This document shows, one piece after another, positions 15,264 to 29,596 of a DNA stretch of 64,000 bases (within the stretch, counting starts at the first letter, position 1; every line of letters begins with the position of its first letter). Source of the stretch: the human T2T-CHM13v2.0 reference genome, Homo sapiens; assembly GCF_009914755.1 (NCBI RefSeq), contig NC_060928.1; one strand, 5' to 3'. The translations under genes and the position numbers were made by a program. The notes below the pieces were generated by a model. It was not told where the DNA came from and did not search any database. It saw only the letters and a list, made by a program, of their open reading frames with translations.

Positions 15264-16504
15264 TGGTAACAAGATTTCTAATTAGATATGATTGGCTAAA
15301 TCTTGGGAGGTAGGAGAAGAGAACCTTAGTAGGTCCTTGTCTCCATTTCAAAGTGCAGGAAAATAAAAAAATACAATCAAATATCTATTAATTTACTTTG
15401 ATGCCTTACAAACCCATAATGTTATTGTGAAATGTATTCAACTTATGAGAGTAGACAGCTCATTGCACAGTATTCTGCACACTATTGGGCTTTGAATGAT
15501 TCATGATGAAGTACCAAATCACTCCCAAGCTCTGGGAGTAGGAGGTGTTAAGTTTAGTTAAGATTATAGAAGTAAGCGTAATGGTGCTACTCAAGTAGTA
15601 GATGTTTTCCTTTTCTACTTTTATCAGGAAGTGGCTTTAAGTCTTAAAGGATTTAATTCCCCTTTATACTCATCACCATTTCCTATAGAACAATGCAGAT
15701 CCCTCAGAGATGAGGAAAATTTGATTATATAATCTGAGATTATAACGATAGTGTATCCACCTAGACTCAACATCAGAATTTTAGAGTGTATATTGGAGGG
15801 AAGCCGACTTCTATAAAAATTAACTGATTAGACTCATATGACTTCATAATAAGAGCTTGAAACAAAAATTAGAAATTTGAGGGCAGATTAAACTCTCATA
15901 TGTAAAAAGTCAACCAATAGACATAAAAATGGGAAAGTCATATCAGGATCTAAACATCTATGTTTGTAGTTTATTGTCAAATTTATAAAGTTTCAGGTTG
16001 AAGAACAGCTCCATAGATACACGGATCAGAGGGATCCCATTTAATATTTAGGGCCAGGTAAAGAATAATCATTCAGTTTATTCATTTAAGGCTCTTTCTG
16101 TTTAGTTGCATGATGCATTGCAAAAGCTTATCATTACTAGTGCTTGCAAATTATACACTTTATGAATCAAGCAGCCATAGCAGAAACTACACATATGAAA
16201 GACAGCATTTGAAAGAAAAAATGATGTAAAAATATGCTTTAATAAATTTGGAAAATAAAGCTCTAACCAGTTTCCAAAATAGTCCATATAAAGACAATAA
16301 ATATAGGTACCGTGTAATAGTAATGGTGCTAAAGTTTTTGAAATTCACCACATCTGTTTCTTATTTGTTTGTTTTTGCCATATTTATAATGGGACATCTG
16401 ATTTCATCTCTTATTTATTTTGATTTTGTATTTTATTTCATATCTCTGTTCAAATGAAGGATAGGTTTATATTTTTTGCTTTGTTGTTTTACTGAGATAC
16501 TCAC

Positions 16505-16763
16505 CATCTAATTTAAGTGCTCCCCATCCAGTGACAAACACTTTACTCTTAGGCAAGGCTTCAAAAGTAGCTTCTGGAAGACAGACTCTGTGCACCTCAT
16601 TGGAAAATATGATGGGGGTGAAGAGCTTCACTACAGCGATATCATCCTCGTGTTTATGGGCAGCATAGTTCTCATGAATAATAATTGACTCCCCCTTTCT
16701 TCTCATTAGTGAGGGATTCGGGTTATTCCAAAACTAGCCATCCAGAGTTTGGGTTTTTCTTCA
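16505..16763 (-). pseudogene. TMPRSS11GP: Exon 8 (catalytic Asp), with a 1-bp deletion
   Basis: KPKLWMASFGIT / frameshift / NPSLMRRKGESIIIHENYAAHKHEDDIAVVKL...VFVTGWGALKLD; GTGAGT donor. Confidence 0.92.
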
Positions 16764-17605
16764 CTGATCACAGAGTAAAAGGAATACAGTTGGTTCATTT
16801 CTAATTTAAATTTGCCCAGGACTGTGGATGGGCAGGGGACATAAATGTGGGAGAAGGGCAAATTTTTTAAGGTAATAATTGATTGGGACCATCCCACCTT
16901 CTTATCTGAGGCTTCTCTCCTAAGACTGCTTTGCTTTCATCTACTTGCTAACAAACCGCCATTCCAAGGTAGCTTAAATTACTGTCCTTGAGGGAAGCTT
17001 GTATTTTTATATTATTCCACATTATCCTATATTATTGCCATTTTTGACTATAAAAATAATACAAATTAATTTAAGAAAACAAATAATTATAAAGTAGACA
17101 TATATACACATAGATTCACATATACACTCATATCAAGGCACAATCATATAAATGTATGTATAGTTATAAAGAGAAAGAGAGGTAAAATTGGAGCGATATT
17201 TTATATATTTATATTGTTTCCTTATGCTTTCTTTTTATTTAGCATCTTATCCAGAATATTCTCCCATTTTATATAAATTTTACTAGGGTTACTGTATCTC
17301 TTTATTATTTCCAAGTGTTCTATATGTTAAATTGTCGAAAAATATACAAAGAATAAAAGCACAGCACCAAAGGTATTCATGTGGGATCACCAGATATAAC
17401 CTATAGTTTAGAATACTATTAACAGAGTTTTTTTTTTAATCTAAAATATCTCTCAGGAGAACTGGTGAGTGTGTATAATTTTTCACAATGCTGGCTTGTT
17501 CCTACTTAAAATTGAGATTGTTGGAGTGTATATTTTCAGGTGGAACTGAAGATACTCTTTCTAATTTTTTCTGCTCTTCTTCAGTTAACTGTCTTTTATT
17601 CCTAA

Positions 17606-17881
<276 letters not shown>

Positions 17882-17988
17882 GAGCCTAAGATGTTTATAA
17901 AGGAAATGTAAAAGAGAGAACTATAGGATGTGAAGAGATGAAAAAGAGGTGAAGCTGGTGATCCCATGGGTATAGACTGGGAACTCAC

Positions 17989-18159
17989 AAGTCAAAACAG
18001 TGACCCGCTGTCAGGAGCCACTCTTCACTGATCAAAGATGCACCACACAAATGGATCCCCTCCACCTGCAGGCTAGCTTGCCAGGCCAATCACCTTTTCT
18101 TGCAATCCGACCATCAGCAATTCTTTTGGTGGATGGAAACTCCTTCCCTAAACCACAAC
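17989..18159 (-). pseudogene. TMPRSS11GP: Exon 7 (activation site KR|IADG, catalytic His), with a 1-bp deletion
   Basis: [25 protein letters not shown] / frameshift / [31 protein letters not shown]; CAG acceptor, GTGAGT donor. Confidence 0.92.
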
Positions 18160-18917
18160 CTGTGAGAAGGGAATAAGATGGCTAATTCCAGAGTTATAAA
18201 CATATGTAGATATGTTTGGCACATAGTTAAGGACAGAAATATCTACAAATGTGTCTTACCCTAAAAAAATTATTGAAATTAATGTTAAATAAAGTAATGG
18301 TAATGCACATTGATAAAATGTGATTATTCACACTTTAAATAAGTATTAACGTTTTAAAAATTATTTAACACTCTCTCTGGTGAATTTAAAACAACATCAT
18401 TTTAAAATTTGGCTTTTCACATTTTTTGGGGTCATGTTCTTATGTGCAGCAGTTTACCCTAATAATATATTTTGAATGCCAAGTGTACACTATTTATTGC
18501 AGAAAATAACGTATATAGTCTTTTAAAATACATGTCTAGCATTACAACCAAAATACTAATATAGCATAAATGTCAAAGTTTCTATATTAAAGTTTTTGGG
18601 TGTCATTTAACCCTAAGCAAAATTTACTACTTTAACAAAGGAGGCCAAATAAAAATAAATACAATTAAATAAAAGAAAATTGTTAAAGAAGACATTAGCG
18701 AAACTTTCTGTGAGGAAGAGCAAAAATTTTCAAGGACTACATATAGATTTCTCAATTATGATTAGTAATTTTTCCCTCTGAGGGCAATCAAATCACATAT
18801 CCATCTAGAGATATTATATACTTTTGAGAAAGAGTAAACATGGGGAAAGAGAAATGCTAAATGTGTTGAGTTTTGTTCTTTGATTTGTAAACATCTTAGT
18901 GATATTCTTGAACTTAC

Positions 18918-18956
18918 AGCTGTTCAGAATGTGTTCTGCTTGTGCTGCATTCATAT
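18918..18956 (-). pseudogene. TMPRSS11GP: Exon 6 (39 nt linker): DMNAAQAEHILNS
   Basis: ttttttttCAG acceptor, GTAAGT donor; phase 1-1 fits both neighbours. Confidence 0.85.
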
Positions 18957-19699
18957 CTGAAAAAAAACCCAGGAGATACTCAGTGATGAAATTATTATAA
19001 CTTAAAATACTATTCTTACATGATATGACCTTTTCTGGCTGAGAGGAACTGCATAAGTCAGAAATTTTTAATTCAAAGGCAAAAGAATAAAATCCTACAT
19101 AAAGGAGAAGCCTGGATGTAAATTGAACTCTTCTGACTGTATGTGGACTCCAGGAAAATCCTGGTTTCTGGTTATAAGATCATTGGCTTAGAGAAGGATA
19201 CAGTTTGCCATAAAGGAAGGAGTCTTCTAGTTAATCAATGCCAAAACAATATTTTAAACTGTAAGTTAAAACAGAAGAGTCCAAGACTAGTCTTACATGT
19301 GCACTACTATATGTCAGGAAACCATTTCCTTCTGTCCCCATTAATGCATCTTAGAAGCCTGGCAATCTACACTTGGTCCATGTATGCTCCCTGTGGAATC
19401 AAAATTCACCAATGTGCTAACAAAACCTATCTTGTTAGTCTTTTTTTTTCAAAATGTGAAATAAAGAAAACCATAATCAGTGGCTGTTTCCCCAAATTAT
19501 TTGAATTGCTCTGTATCCTAATTAGTATAATGAGCAATCTAGACCCACATTTTGTTAAGATGAAAGCCAATGTGGAGTTTTGGTGAGCCTGAAAACTGAT
19601 GAGTCTTTAATTTAGGTAAGACTCTAAAGCGGTACATTGAGTTCATCTGCAGGAAACTATACTTAAGGATTTTATCAGAATAAATCCCTTAGAATTAAA

Positions 19700-20200
19700 T
19701 TTTGCCACTAATGGCTTCCGTGGCTTCTAGAATAAACCAAACTTTCTACCTGGACCTACATGATATGGTCCTTATTTATGTCTCTGATGGCAAGTTGCCC
19801 TGCTACTGCTCTTAGCATGACTCAATGGCCACCTTGGCCTTCCTGTTTCTTAACTGTGCAAAGGTATTCCTGCCTGCAATCTGTGTTCTAGCTGTGCCTT
19901 TTGCCAGGAATGCTTATTTCCCTTGGCCTTTTTATGGTTGTTTTCCCCTTGTCACTCAGATCTCAGCTTTAAAATACCCTCCTCAGAGAGGACTTCCATT
20001 ACAACCAAATCTAAGGTAGCTTTTTACTCTCTCTGTTCTCTGCATGGAGTTTCAAATTATCTGATATTACCTTGTTTATTTTTTATCTAGTTATTATTTT
20101 CCTTGCCACAATTAGAATATTAGTTCTATGAAGCAGAGACTTTAATTTTTGGCACAAATAGTTTCTCCATAAATACTTGCTGAGTGAATAAATAAATGGT
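19700..20200. mobile_element. L2 3' fragment
   Basis: Degenerate L2 motifs ending in aaatacttgctgagtgaataaat. Confidence 0.6.
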
Positions 20201-20311
20201 AATCATAACAAATAATTTACTAAGCCTTGTATATTAGGTTCTATGACAAAATTTATTTGCTTATTATATCCTCACAATAATATTATGAGGCAAGTTTATT
20301 AAGAACATGAT

Positions 20312-20476
20312 TTATTTTTATTTTTTTAGGGACAGGGTCTCACTCTGTTGCCCTGGATGGAGTGCAGTGATACAATCATAGCTCATTGCAGCCTCAAACT
20401 CCTGGCCTCAAGCAATTCTCTAGCCTTGGCTTTCCAAAGTTCTGGGAATATAGGAGTGAGCTGCCATGCCCAGCCA
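20312..20476 (-). mobile_element. Alu monomer (FLAM/AluJ-like)
   Basis: gacagggtctcactctgttgcc...gagctgccatgcccagcc; TSD acatgattta. Confidence 0.75.
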
Positions 20477-23066
20477 GGACATGATTTAATAATTCTTGAG
20501 GCAAAAGCTTGTCCCGCATACATTTCACTGTAACATCAATTAAGTTTAGCGCCATTCTCTGTAGGTTATGGAGCAGTGGGAGGGGGTAGAGTTACAATTA
20601 GTTCACAGCTAAGTTTAGCTTAATCCTAAACTCATCTCCATTTATGTAAAAACTATTGTTGAACTTCCACGATGGTGCTATATATCATGTGTGAGCATTA
20701 CGTAATACATGTGTTCCACCTGCAGGATAAAAGAGGTTGAATACCTCCAGTTCTAGAACAGGATTGTGTAGGCTCACTTTTCCCTGTTCATCTCCTATAA
20801 AACAACTAGGTAATCTAAAAATTATTCATCAGATAACAATAAAAGAACTCTGAAAGCTGGAAGGAAGAAGACAGAATGGCTAGAGACTTCAGAATTTGAG
20901 GAAGGACAAGTGGTGCGTGTTCCTGGATTTTCTTTTTATTTAACATATATGCTGGACTGGGGACCAGAAAGACCTGCAATTTGTAATCATCAACAGGAAT
21001 AGACAAAACGATCCCAATACAAGTCTGTTCTCTCTATCCAAAGTACTGGGAAAGGGAAAGCACAACAGACAGCTAATGGGAAACTCAAACCTTCTGCTTC
21101 ACAGCCAAGGCCTGGCAGTCCATTCTGCCAGCAGCAGTGACAGCCGAAAGCCCTTGACCATCCCAATCCACACTTCAAAACCAGGAACTACCTGGCAGAC
21201 TGATACACCCACAAAGACAGTGGCAGCAGAGACCTGCATCTACTCAGAAACATAAGAAGACTCAGGCCCAGTGCACCCCTCCACAAAGGGTGGCCCACTG
21301 ATTCAAGGCAGCCGAGGGAAGCATGTTCTACTCCCACAAAAGGCACGGGAAACAGTAATTAAGAGGAAGTGCAGAATAGTACTGGAAGGATATGAAAACT
21401 AAATTGTCACTGAAACAACAAAAGTAAGAATCTGTACTCTAAACCTAAACAGGTTGCCTATTGGTTAAAGTAGAAGAATTAAATAGAACCAGAAGTCTCC
21501 TAATGTAACTAAAATGTTCAGGATACAAAGAAAAATTGCTCACCATACCCAAAAACAGGAAAACTATAATCTAAATGAGAAAAGACAGTCAACCAGTGCC
21601 AATCCTGAGATGAATAAGATGTTGGATGTGCCTGATGTGTATTTTAAAGACCTGCCATAAAAGTGATGTAGAAATAAAGTATAAATTATCTTGAAACAAA
21701 AAAAAAACTAGAAAATCTCAGCAAAGAAATAGAAATTATAAAAAGGACCAAATGAAAGATTACAGGACTGAATAATACAATAAGCAAAATAACAACAATA
21801 ATAATAATGAACAAATTTGATGGATGGTGCTAATAGTGGAGTAGAAAAGATGGAGAATAAAGTTAGTAAACTTGAATATAAGTCACTAGAATTTACTTAG
21901 TCTGAAGACAGAATATAAATGGATTGAAAAAAATGAACAAAGCCTCTGGGATCTGTGGGGCAGTAACAAAAGATCTAACATTGGTATCATCAGATTTTCA
22001 GAAAGAGAGGAAAAGAAGTGTGAGGCTGAAAAATATTCAAAGAACTATTGAAAACTCCCCAAATTTGGCCAACGATAGAGACCAATAGACTCAAGAAGAT
22101 GAGTAAATCCCAAAGAGTATGAACTGCAAGAATCCATACCAAGACTCATTATAATTAAAGTACTAAAAATGAAAGAAAAAAATCTTAAAAGCATACAGAG
22201 AAAAATGATGCATTACCTGAGCAGAACACCAATTCAGTAACAGTGGTTCTCATCTGAAACCATGAAGGCCAAATGAAAGTGGCACAGCATTTTTCAAGTT
22301 CTGAAAAAAAAGAACTATCAAACCTGAATCCTATACCCTGTGAAACTGTCCTTGAGATATATAGAAGAAATAAGTATATTCTCAGATGAAGACAAACAAA
22401 AAGAAGTTGTTTCTAACAAACCTTCTCTTAAATAATGAGTAAACAACAGTATTCAAACAAAAAGCAAATGATTACAGGAGACTAGAATGTGCAGAAAGAA
22501 AAGAAAGATACAGAATGGGTAAAAATAAAAGTAAACCAAACAGACTATCTTTCACTTAATGAGTTTCTTAAAGAAATATATTTTATGGTTGAAGGAAAAA
22601 CTATGACACCAACTGATGTTGTGCTGAATGTATATTGAAGAAATATTTAAGATAAGTATACTTTAAAAATGGGTAGGTTAAAGAGACCCAAACTGAAGTA
22701 AAGTTTCTACATTTCATTTGAAGTGGTAAAATGTCAGCACCACTAGGCTGTGATTAGTTATGTATATATATGATAATACTCACAATAGTCTCTAAGATGA
22801 CTACACAAATTGATAAATTTTAAAAAGCTATAAATAAATCAAAATAAAATTATAAAAAAGTATTCAAGTTACTCACAAAAGGATAAGAAAAAAGGAACAG
22901 AGAAATAAGACACATCAAACAATAAACAAATTATAAAATGAAAGCCTTAAACCCTAACATATCAATAATTAGTATGTAAATGGTTTAAGCACAACAATTA
23001 AAAGCCAAGGGTTGGCAGAATGGATTTTAAAAACATAACTCAACAATGTGGTTTATAAGAGACTCA

Positions 23067-23170
23067 GTGCTCACTTCGGCAGCACATATACGAAAATTGG
23101 AACAATACAGAGAAGATTATCCTGGCCCCTACACAAGGATGACACAAAAATGTATGAAACGTTCCATAAT
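23067..23170 (+). pseudogene. U6 snRNA retropseudogene (5' part of a U6-L1 chimera)
   Basis: gtgctcacttcggcagcacatatacgaaaattggaacaatacagagaagatta...gttccata; near full-length diverged U6 including the ACAGAGA box. Confidence 0.93.
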
Positions 23171-26100
23171 ATTCCACTACAAGCACACTGAAGTACACAG
23201 TCCAATGACACTAGGAAGCAACACATAGACAAGTCTGCAAAATAACCAGCTAGCATCATGATGACAGGATCAAATTCATGTATAAACAATATTAACCTTA
23301 AATATAAATAGGCTAAATGCCCCAGTTAAAAGGCATAGAATGGCCAGCTGAATAAAGAGTCAAGAGCCATCAGTATGCAGTCTTCAATGGACCCATCTCA
23401 TGTGCAAAGACAGACATAGGCTCAAAATAAAGGGATGAAAGAAAATTTACCAAGTGGAAAACAGAAAAAAGCAGGGGTTGCAATCCTAGTTTCTGACAAA
23501 CTGGATTTTAAACAAAGATAAAAACAGACAAAGAAGGGCATTACATAAAGGTAAAGGGTTCAATTCAACAAGAAGAGCTAACTATCCTAAATATATATGC
23601 ACCCAATACATGAGTAGATTTATAAAGCAAATTCTTAGAGACCTACAAAGAGACTTATATTCACCACAGTAATAGTGAAAAGACTTCACTGACAATGTTA
23701 GACAGATCGAGACAGAAAATTAACGAAGATATTCAGGACTTGAACTCAGCTCTGGATCAAGCAGACCTCATATATATCTACAGAAATCTCCAGTCAAAAC
23801 AACAGAATATACATTCTTCACATCGCCACATGGGACTTACTCTAAAATTGATCACATAGTCGGAAGAACTGAAATTATAACAAGCAGTCGCTCAGACCAC
23901 AGCACAATAAAATTAGAACTCAAGATTAAGAAACTCACTCAAAACCACACAACTACATAGAAATTGAACAACCTACTCCTGAATGACTCCTGGGTAAATA
24001 ATGAAATTAAGGCAGAAATCAATAACTTCTTTGAAATTAATAAGAACAAAAAGACAATTTACCAGAGTCTCTGGCATTCAGCTAAAGTAGTGTTAAGAGG
24101 GAAATTTATAACACTAAATGCCCACATCAAAAAACTAGAAAGATCTCAAATCAACAACCTAACATTACAACTAAAAGAATTAGAGAATCAAGAGCAAACA
24201 AACCTCAAAGCAAGCAGATGGCAAGAAATAACTAAGATCAGAGTAGAACTGAAGGAGATAGAGACACGAAAAACCCTTTAAATAATCAACAAATCCAGAA
24301 GCTGTTTGCTTTTAATTAATAAAATAGATAGAAGGCCAGCTAGAATAATAAAGAAGAAAAGAGAGAAGACTCAAATAGACACAATCGGAAATGATAAGGG
24401 AGATATCACCACTGACCCCACAGAAATATGAACAACCATCAGAGAGTACTGTAAACATGTCTATGCACATACACTAGAAAATCTAGAAGAAATGGATAAA
24501 TTCCTGGACACATACACCCAACCAAGACTGAAACAAAAATAAATTGAATCCCTGAACAGACCAGTAATGGGTTCTGAAGTTAAGGCAGTAATAAATAGCC
24601 TATCAACCAAAAAGAGCCCACGACCAGACAGATTCAAAACTGAATTCTGCCAGAGGTACAAAGAAGACCTTCAAACAATACTACAAGGCTATAGTAACCA
24701 AAACAACATGGTACCAGTACAAAAACAGACACATAGTCCAATGGAACCGAATAGATAACTCAGAAATAAGACCACACATCTACAACCATCTGATCTTGGA
24801 AAAGCCTGACAAAAACAAGCAATTGGGAAAGGATTCCCTATTCAATAAATGGTGTTGAGAGAACTGGCTAGCCATATGCAGAAAGTTGAAACTGGACCCC
24901 TTCTTTACATCAGGCACAAAAGTTAACTCTTGGGAGGCCGAGACAGGTGGATCATGAGGTCAAGAGATCGAGACCATCCTGGCCAACATGGTGAAACTCC
25001 GTCTCTACTAAAAATACAAAAATTAGCTGGGCATGGTGGTGCATGCCTGTAGTCCCAACTACTCGAGAGGCTGAGGCAGGAGAATAGCTTGAACAGGGAG
25101 GTGGAGGTTGCAGTGAGCCGAGATTGCACCACTTCACTCTAGCCTGCTGATAGAGCAAGACTCCATTTCAAAGATAAAATAAAATAAAATAAAATAAAAT
25201 AAAATAAAATAAAATAAAATAACACAAGATGGATTAAAGCCTTAAATGTAAAACCCACAACTATAAAAACACTAGAAGAAAATTTAGGCAATACCATTCA
25301 AGACATAGAAATGGACAAATATTTCATGACTAAAAAGCCAAACCGATTGCAGCAAAAGCAAAAATTGACAAATGGGATTTAATTAAACTAAAGAGCTTCT
25401 GCACAGCAAAAGAAACTATCATCAGGGTGAACAGAAACCTACAAAATAGGAGAAAATTTTTACAGCCTATCCATCTGATCCATCTGATAAATGTCTAATA
25501 TCCAGAGTCTACAAGGAACTTAAACAAATGTACAAGAAAAAAACAATTTCAATGAAAAGTGGGCAAAGGACATGAACAGACACTTCTCAAAAGAAGACAT
25601 ATATGCATTCAAGAAACATACAAAAAAGAGCTCAACATCACTGATCATTGGAGAAAAGCAAATCAAAACCGCAATGAGACACCATCTCACACCAGTCAGA
25701 ATGGCTACTATTAAAAAATCACAAAACAACAGATGCTGGCAAGGTTGTGGAGAAAAAGGAATGCTTTTACACTGTTGGTGGGAATGTAAATTAGTTCAAC
25801 CATTGTGGAACACAGTGTGGCGATTCCTGAAAGACCTAGAGGCAGAAATACCATCTAACCCAGCAATCCCATTACTGGGTGTATACCCAAAAGAATAGAA
25901 ACCATTCTATTACAAGGATACACATGCGTATGTTCATTGCAACACTATTCACAATAGCAAAGACACAGAATCAACCCAAATGCCCAAAAATAATAGCCTG
26001 GATAAAGAAAATGTAGTGCATATACACCATGGAATACTATGCAGCCATAAAAAGGAATGAAATAGTGTCCTTTGCAGGGACATGGATGGAGTTGGAAGCC

Positions 26101-26406
26101 ATTATCCTCAGCAAACTAACACAAGAACAGAAAACCAAACACCACATATTCTCATTTATAAGTGAGAGCTGAATGATGATAACACATAGACACATGAAGG
26201 GGAACAACACACACTGGGGCCTGTTGGAAGGCGGGTGGTAGGAGGAGGGAGAGCATCAGGAAGAATAGCTAATGGACGCTGGGCTGAATACCTAGGTGAT
26301 GGGTTGATCTGTGTAGTAAACCACCATAGCACATGTTTACCTATGTAACAAACCTGCACATCCTGCACATGTACCCCTCAACTTAAAATGAAAGTTGAAG
26401 AAAAAA
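23171..26406 (+). mobile_element. 5'-truncated older L1PA fused to U6, with an internal ORF2 deletion
   Basis: ORF2 start atgacaggatcaaattc at ~23260; ORF2 fragments ([18 protein letters not shown]; HFSKEDI...[12 protein letters not shown]); 3'UTR to ~26406. Confidence 0.9.
24928..25220 (+). mobile_element. 5'-truncated AluS inside the L1, with (TAAAA)n tail
   Basis: ttgggaggccgagacaggtggatcatgaggtcaagagatcgag... Confidence 0.9.
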
Positions 26407-27526
26407 TGTTTTAATGTTTTATTTTTTAATTGACAAAAAAGAAACTTATTTCAAACATAGCTACATAAATAAACCAAAAGTAAAAGAACGGAAAAGATAA
26501 ATCATAAAAACAATTTTAAAGAAGAGTAGCTGTATTGGTATCAGATCATGTAAATTTCAAAGCGTGGAAAATTACTAGGGCCAAAGAGGCATATTATGTA
26601 ATGATAAAGGATCAATCCATCACGAACTAGAGTAGCCAAAACAATTTCGGTAGAGGAGAATAAAGTGGGATAAATCATTTTTACTAATGTTAAGGCTTAA
26701 TATACTGTTGCAGTAATCAAGAAATTATGGTACCAGTGAAAGGATAGACCTAAATCAATGGAAAAGAATGGAGAACCCAAAAGTAGATTCATACAAATAT
26801 TCCCGATATGCCTAATTAGTTTTTGACAAAGGAGCAAAAGTAACTCAATGGAAGATGAATAACTGTTTTATAAATGGTACTGGAACAATGGAACATCAAT
26901 TAAAAAATTTTAAAAAGCCTCTACCTAAATCTCACAGCATAGAAAAATTAGCTCAAAATGGATTATAGACTTAAATGTAAAATATAATGTAATGCAAGAC
27001 TATGAAACTTCCAGAAAAAATATAAAATGTGGAAAAAGTATAAGTTTAAAAAGTACAAAACTTATAGAAAAGAGCCTAGATACCTGAGAAAGTCCATAAA
27101 ATAACACATTAAATTTATTTATTTTTTCTTAGTAATTTTGAAAGCATTTTTACACCTTCCTAAAGGGTAAGTTCTACATTTATTATCTTAATTTTGCAAA
27201 ACAGGAACTGATGCACAAAGTTTCAGCAACTTTTGCAAGGCTGGACTACTGTTATTATTGCTAGAATACAGGTCTTCTGAGTCCTAGACTAGCGTTCTCT
27301 CTACCATCATCTGCAGTCTCTCTGAATGCATTCCATGCATTTTTTCTTTATATTCTTTAAATGATGTTTCTTATCCTATAAAATTCAACTCTAGTTTTAA
27401 AATTTTGAAATATGCAACCTCTCACTTTTTCCCCCTATACAGTTCTAAAACTTTATGTGGAAAGAGAAATGATTTTAAGGTCTTCAGTTTTCTGTTGTAT
27501 TATTACTTTTAAAAGTTCCCTCTTTT

Positions 27527-27928
<402 letters not shown>

Positions 27929-29435
27929 CTATGCTAACGCTGGGGATGTGCTTGTGACTACAGCAGGCATATTTCCTGTGTTCAAAAAGTTATATCTTTT
28001 GGAGAGAAACATGAAATAAAAAATATGCAAATCAAAGCAACTCCCAAGCACCCTTGTGAAGTACATAAGTATAAGGAATTACCACTGTAAGGAAGCCTTT
28101 GTTTGGGAATGAGGATCATCTCAACAATAACTTGCTTAGACAAGCAACTGAGTATCTGGTGATGGGTGATGCATCACCAGTAGATGCCTATACGAACCAA
28201 TAATGAGACCTAAATCACCCCCTCCCCCCACCCATCCGACAACACTGTGAAAGGATCTAAGTCCCTCTAGAACCATAAAGCAGGTGTCAGGGTAAGAGTG
28301 AAGGATAGATCCACAAATAATGAGTTTAAGATTTTAACATTTGACTTAAAAGTAAAGTTACACTTGACAGATACCTATACCTCCTCAACAAAACATTTCC
28401 TTCAGGAAGTCTTGTCTCTGCTACCTATAGTCCAGTGCTTTGAATTCAGAGTCTATTCTGTCCTGTCTGCATAACTAATGGAACTGAATGTTGGGTATTA
28501 CTCACAGAGACTACTCATTCTTATCTTCAAGCTATTTTTTCTTCTTTCTGACTTTTGTCAAATCTATAATATAATTTTCTCTTCTGTTAACATACTATAA
28601 TGTATATGCTCTAGCCTCCCAGAATAGTTCTGGGAAAAGGTACTGAGTGAAGATTTACTGATAATTAGTAATTTTCGATCAGTCTTATAATCTCATTGCA
28701 AAAGTTAAACAAGTTCTGCTAAAACATGACGACTTCAAAGCTAATTCCTGAGAGGCAGCTAGTAGTTTTAGAATTACAATGAGCTTGATTTAATTTCATA
28801 TCCTGAACATTTATCAATCAGTTCTTTGTGTCTGTGTTGCAAATAAGATGGTGTCTTTATGTCTGAGACAGATACTATCCAAGTCTGATGTCTTTCTTGT
28901 CCTTCTGCCCACTCCATGTCCTGGGCCAATCCTATCCTGTGTGCTGCAGAGAGGGTATGAGAGTGTATCCTACAGTGCCAGGGCTCTTTCCTTCTTCCTA
29001 CCATATTTTGGTTGTGCCCTACATATTGTGGTTTGTGCATCCATACCACTTTCACATTCTGGATTCATATTGGAAAGAGTATTTCAAGAGAGTCAGACAC
29101 TATAGATTACTACTGTATATCAACAGCAGAGTGTTGGTTTTTATCATATATATGCTGCATTAATACAAACAATTCCACTGAGATCTTTTTTAAAAAGGAA
29201 GAAATGCTATTATACTTGGGTTACCATACAATTCTTATTTTATAATTATTTCCATACTAGCCAAAAGAAGATAATCTTCCTTATCACAATCAAAAGATGT
29301 GTTCATTATCAAGTAAACAAGAGACTTAAAATGAAAAGTAGTTTTCTTTATGGTGAAATAAAGAAGCTCTCTTTGTAGATGAGAAGATTATTAAAATGAG
29401 TAACTATAATATGAAAGAAAAATAGTATTCCTTGC

Positions 29436-29596
29436 CTCTAAGATAAGGTAATGAAGTGTCTGTCTTCAAGAAGCTTTCATTTGATTTCAACTTCTGATGC
29501 AAAATGTTATCAGCTTGTGTTTTTATTGCGTTCTCATTGTTAGGAATAAACTGAAATTTAAGCAATACATCTGCTTTCAAATTGTCATTACTTGGC
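29436..29596 (-). pseudogene. TMPRSS11GP: Exon 5 (SEA domain): PSNDNLKADVLLKFQFIPNNENAIKTQADNILHQKLKSNESFLKTDTSLPYLR
   Basis: ttttCAG acceptor; open frame; the donor is AG|GCAAGG (GC type). Confidence 0.85.

Larger units (their letters stand above)
20700..27110 (+). mobile_element. Old L1M element (5' region, ORF1, ORF2 pieces) split by the U6-L1 insertion
   Basis: A-rich degenerate ORF1 at ~21600-22450. Endonuclease-like sequence breaks at ...tataagagactca (23066) and resumes at ~26450. Confidence 0.7.

Noticed and set aside
19143-19586. 147-aa plus-strand ORF
   Set aside because: Non-ATG start, no recognisable homology, intronic antisense location.
23067-23170. U6 copy as a functional snRNA gene
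   Set aside because: Many substitutions, no oligo-T terminator, fused to L1, and no recognisable upstream PSE/TATA (the flank is old L1).
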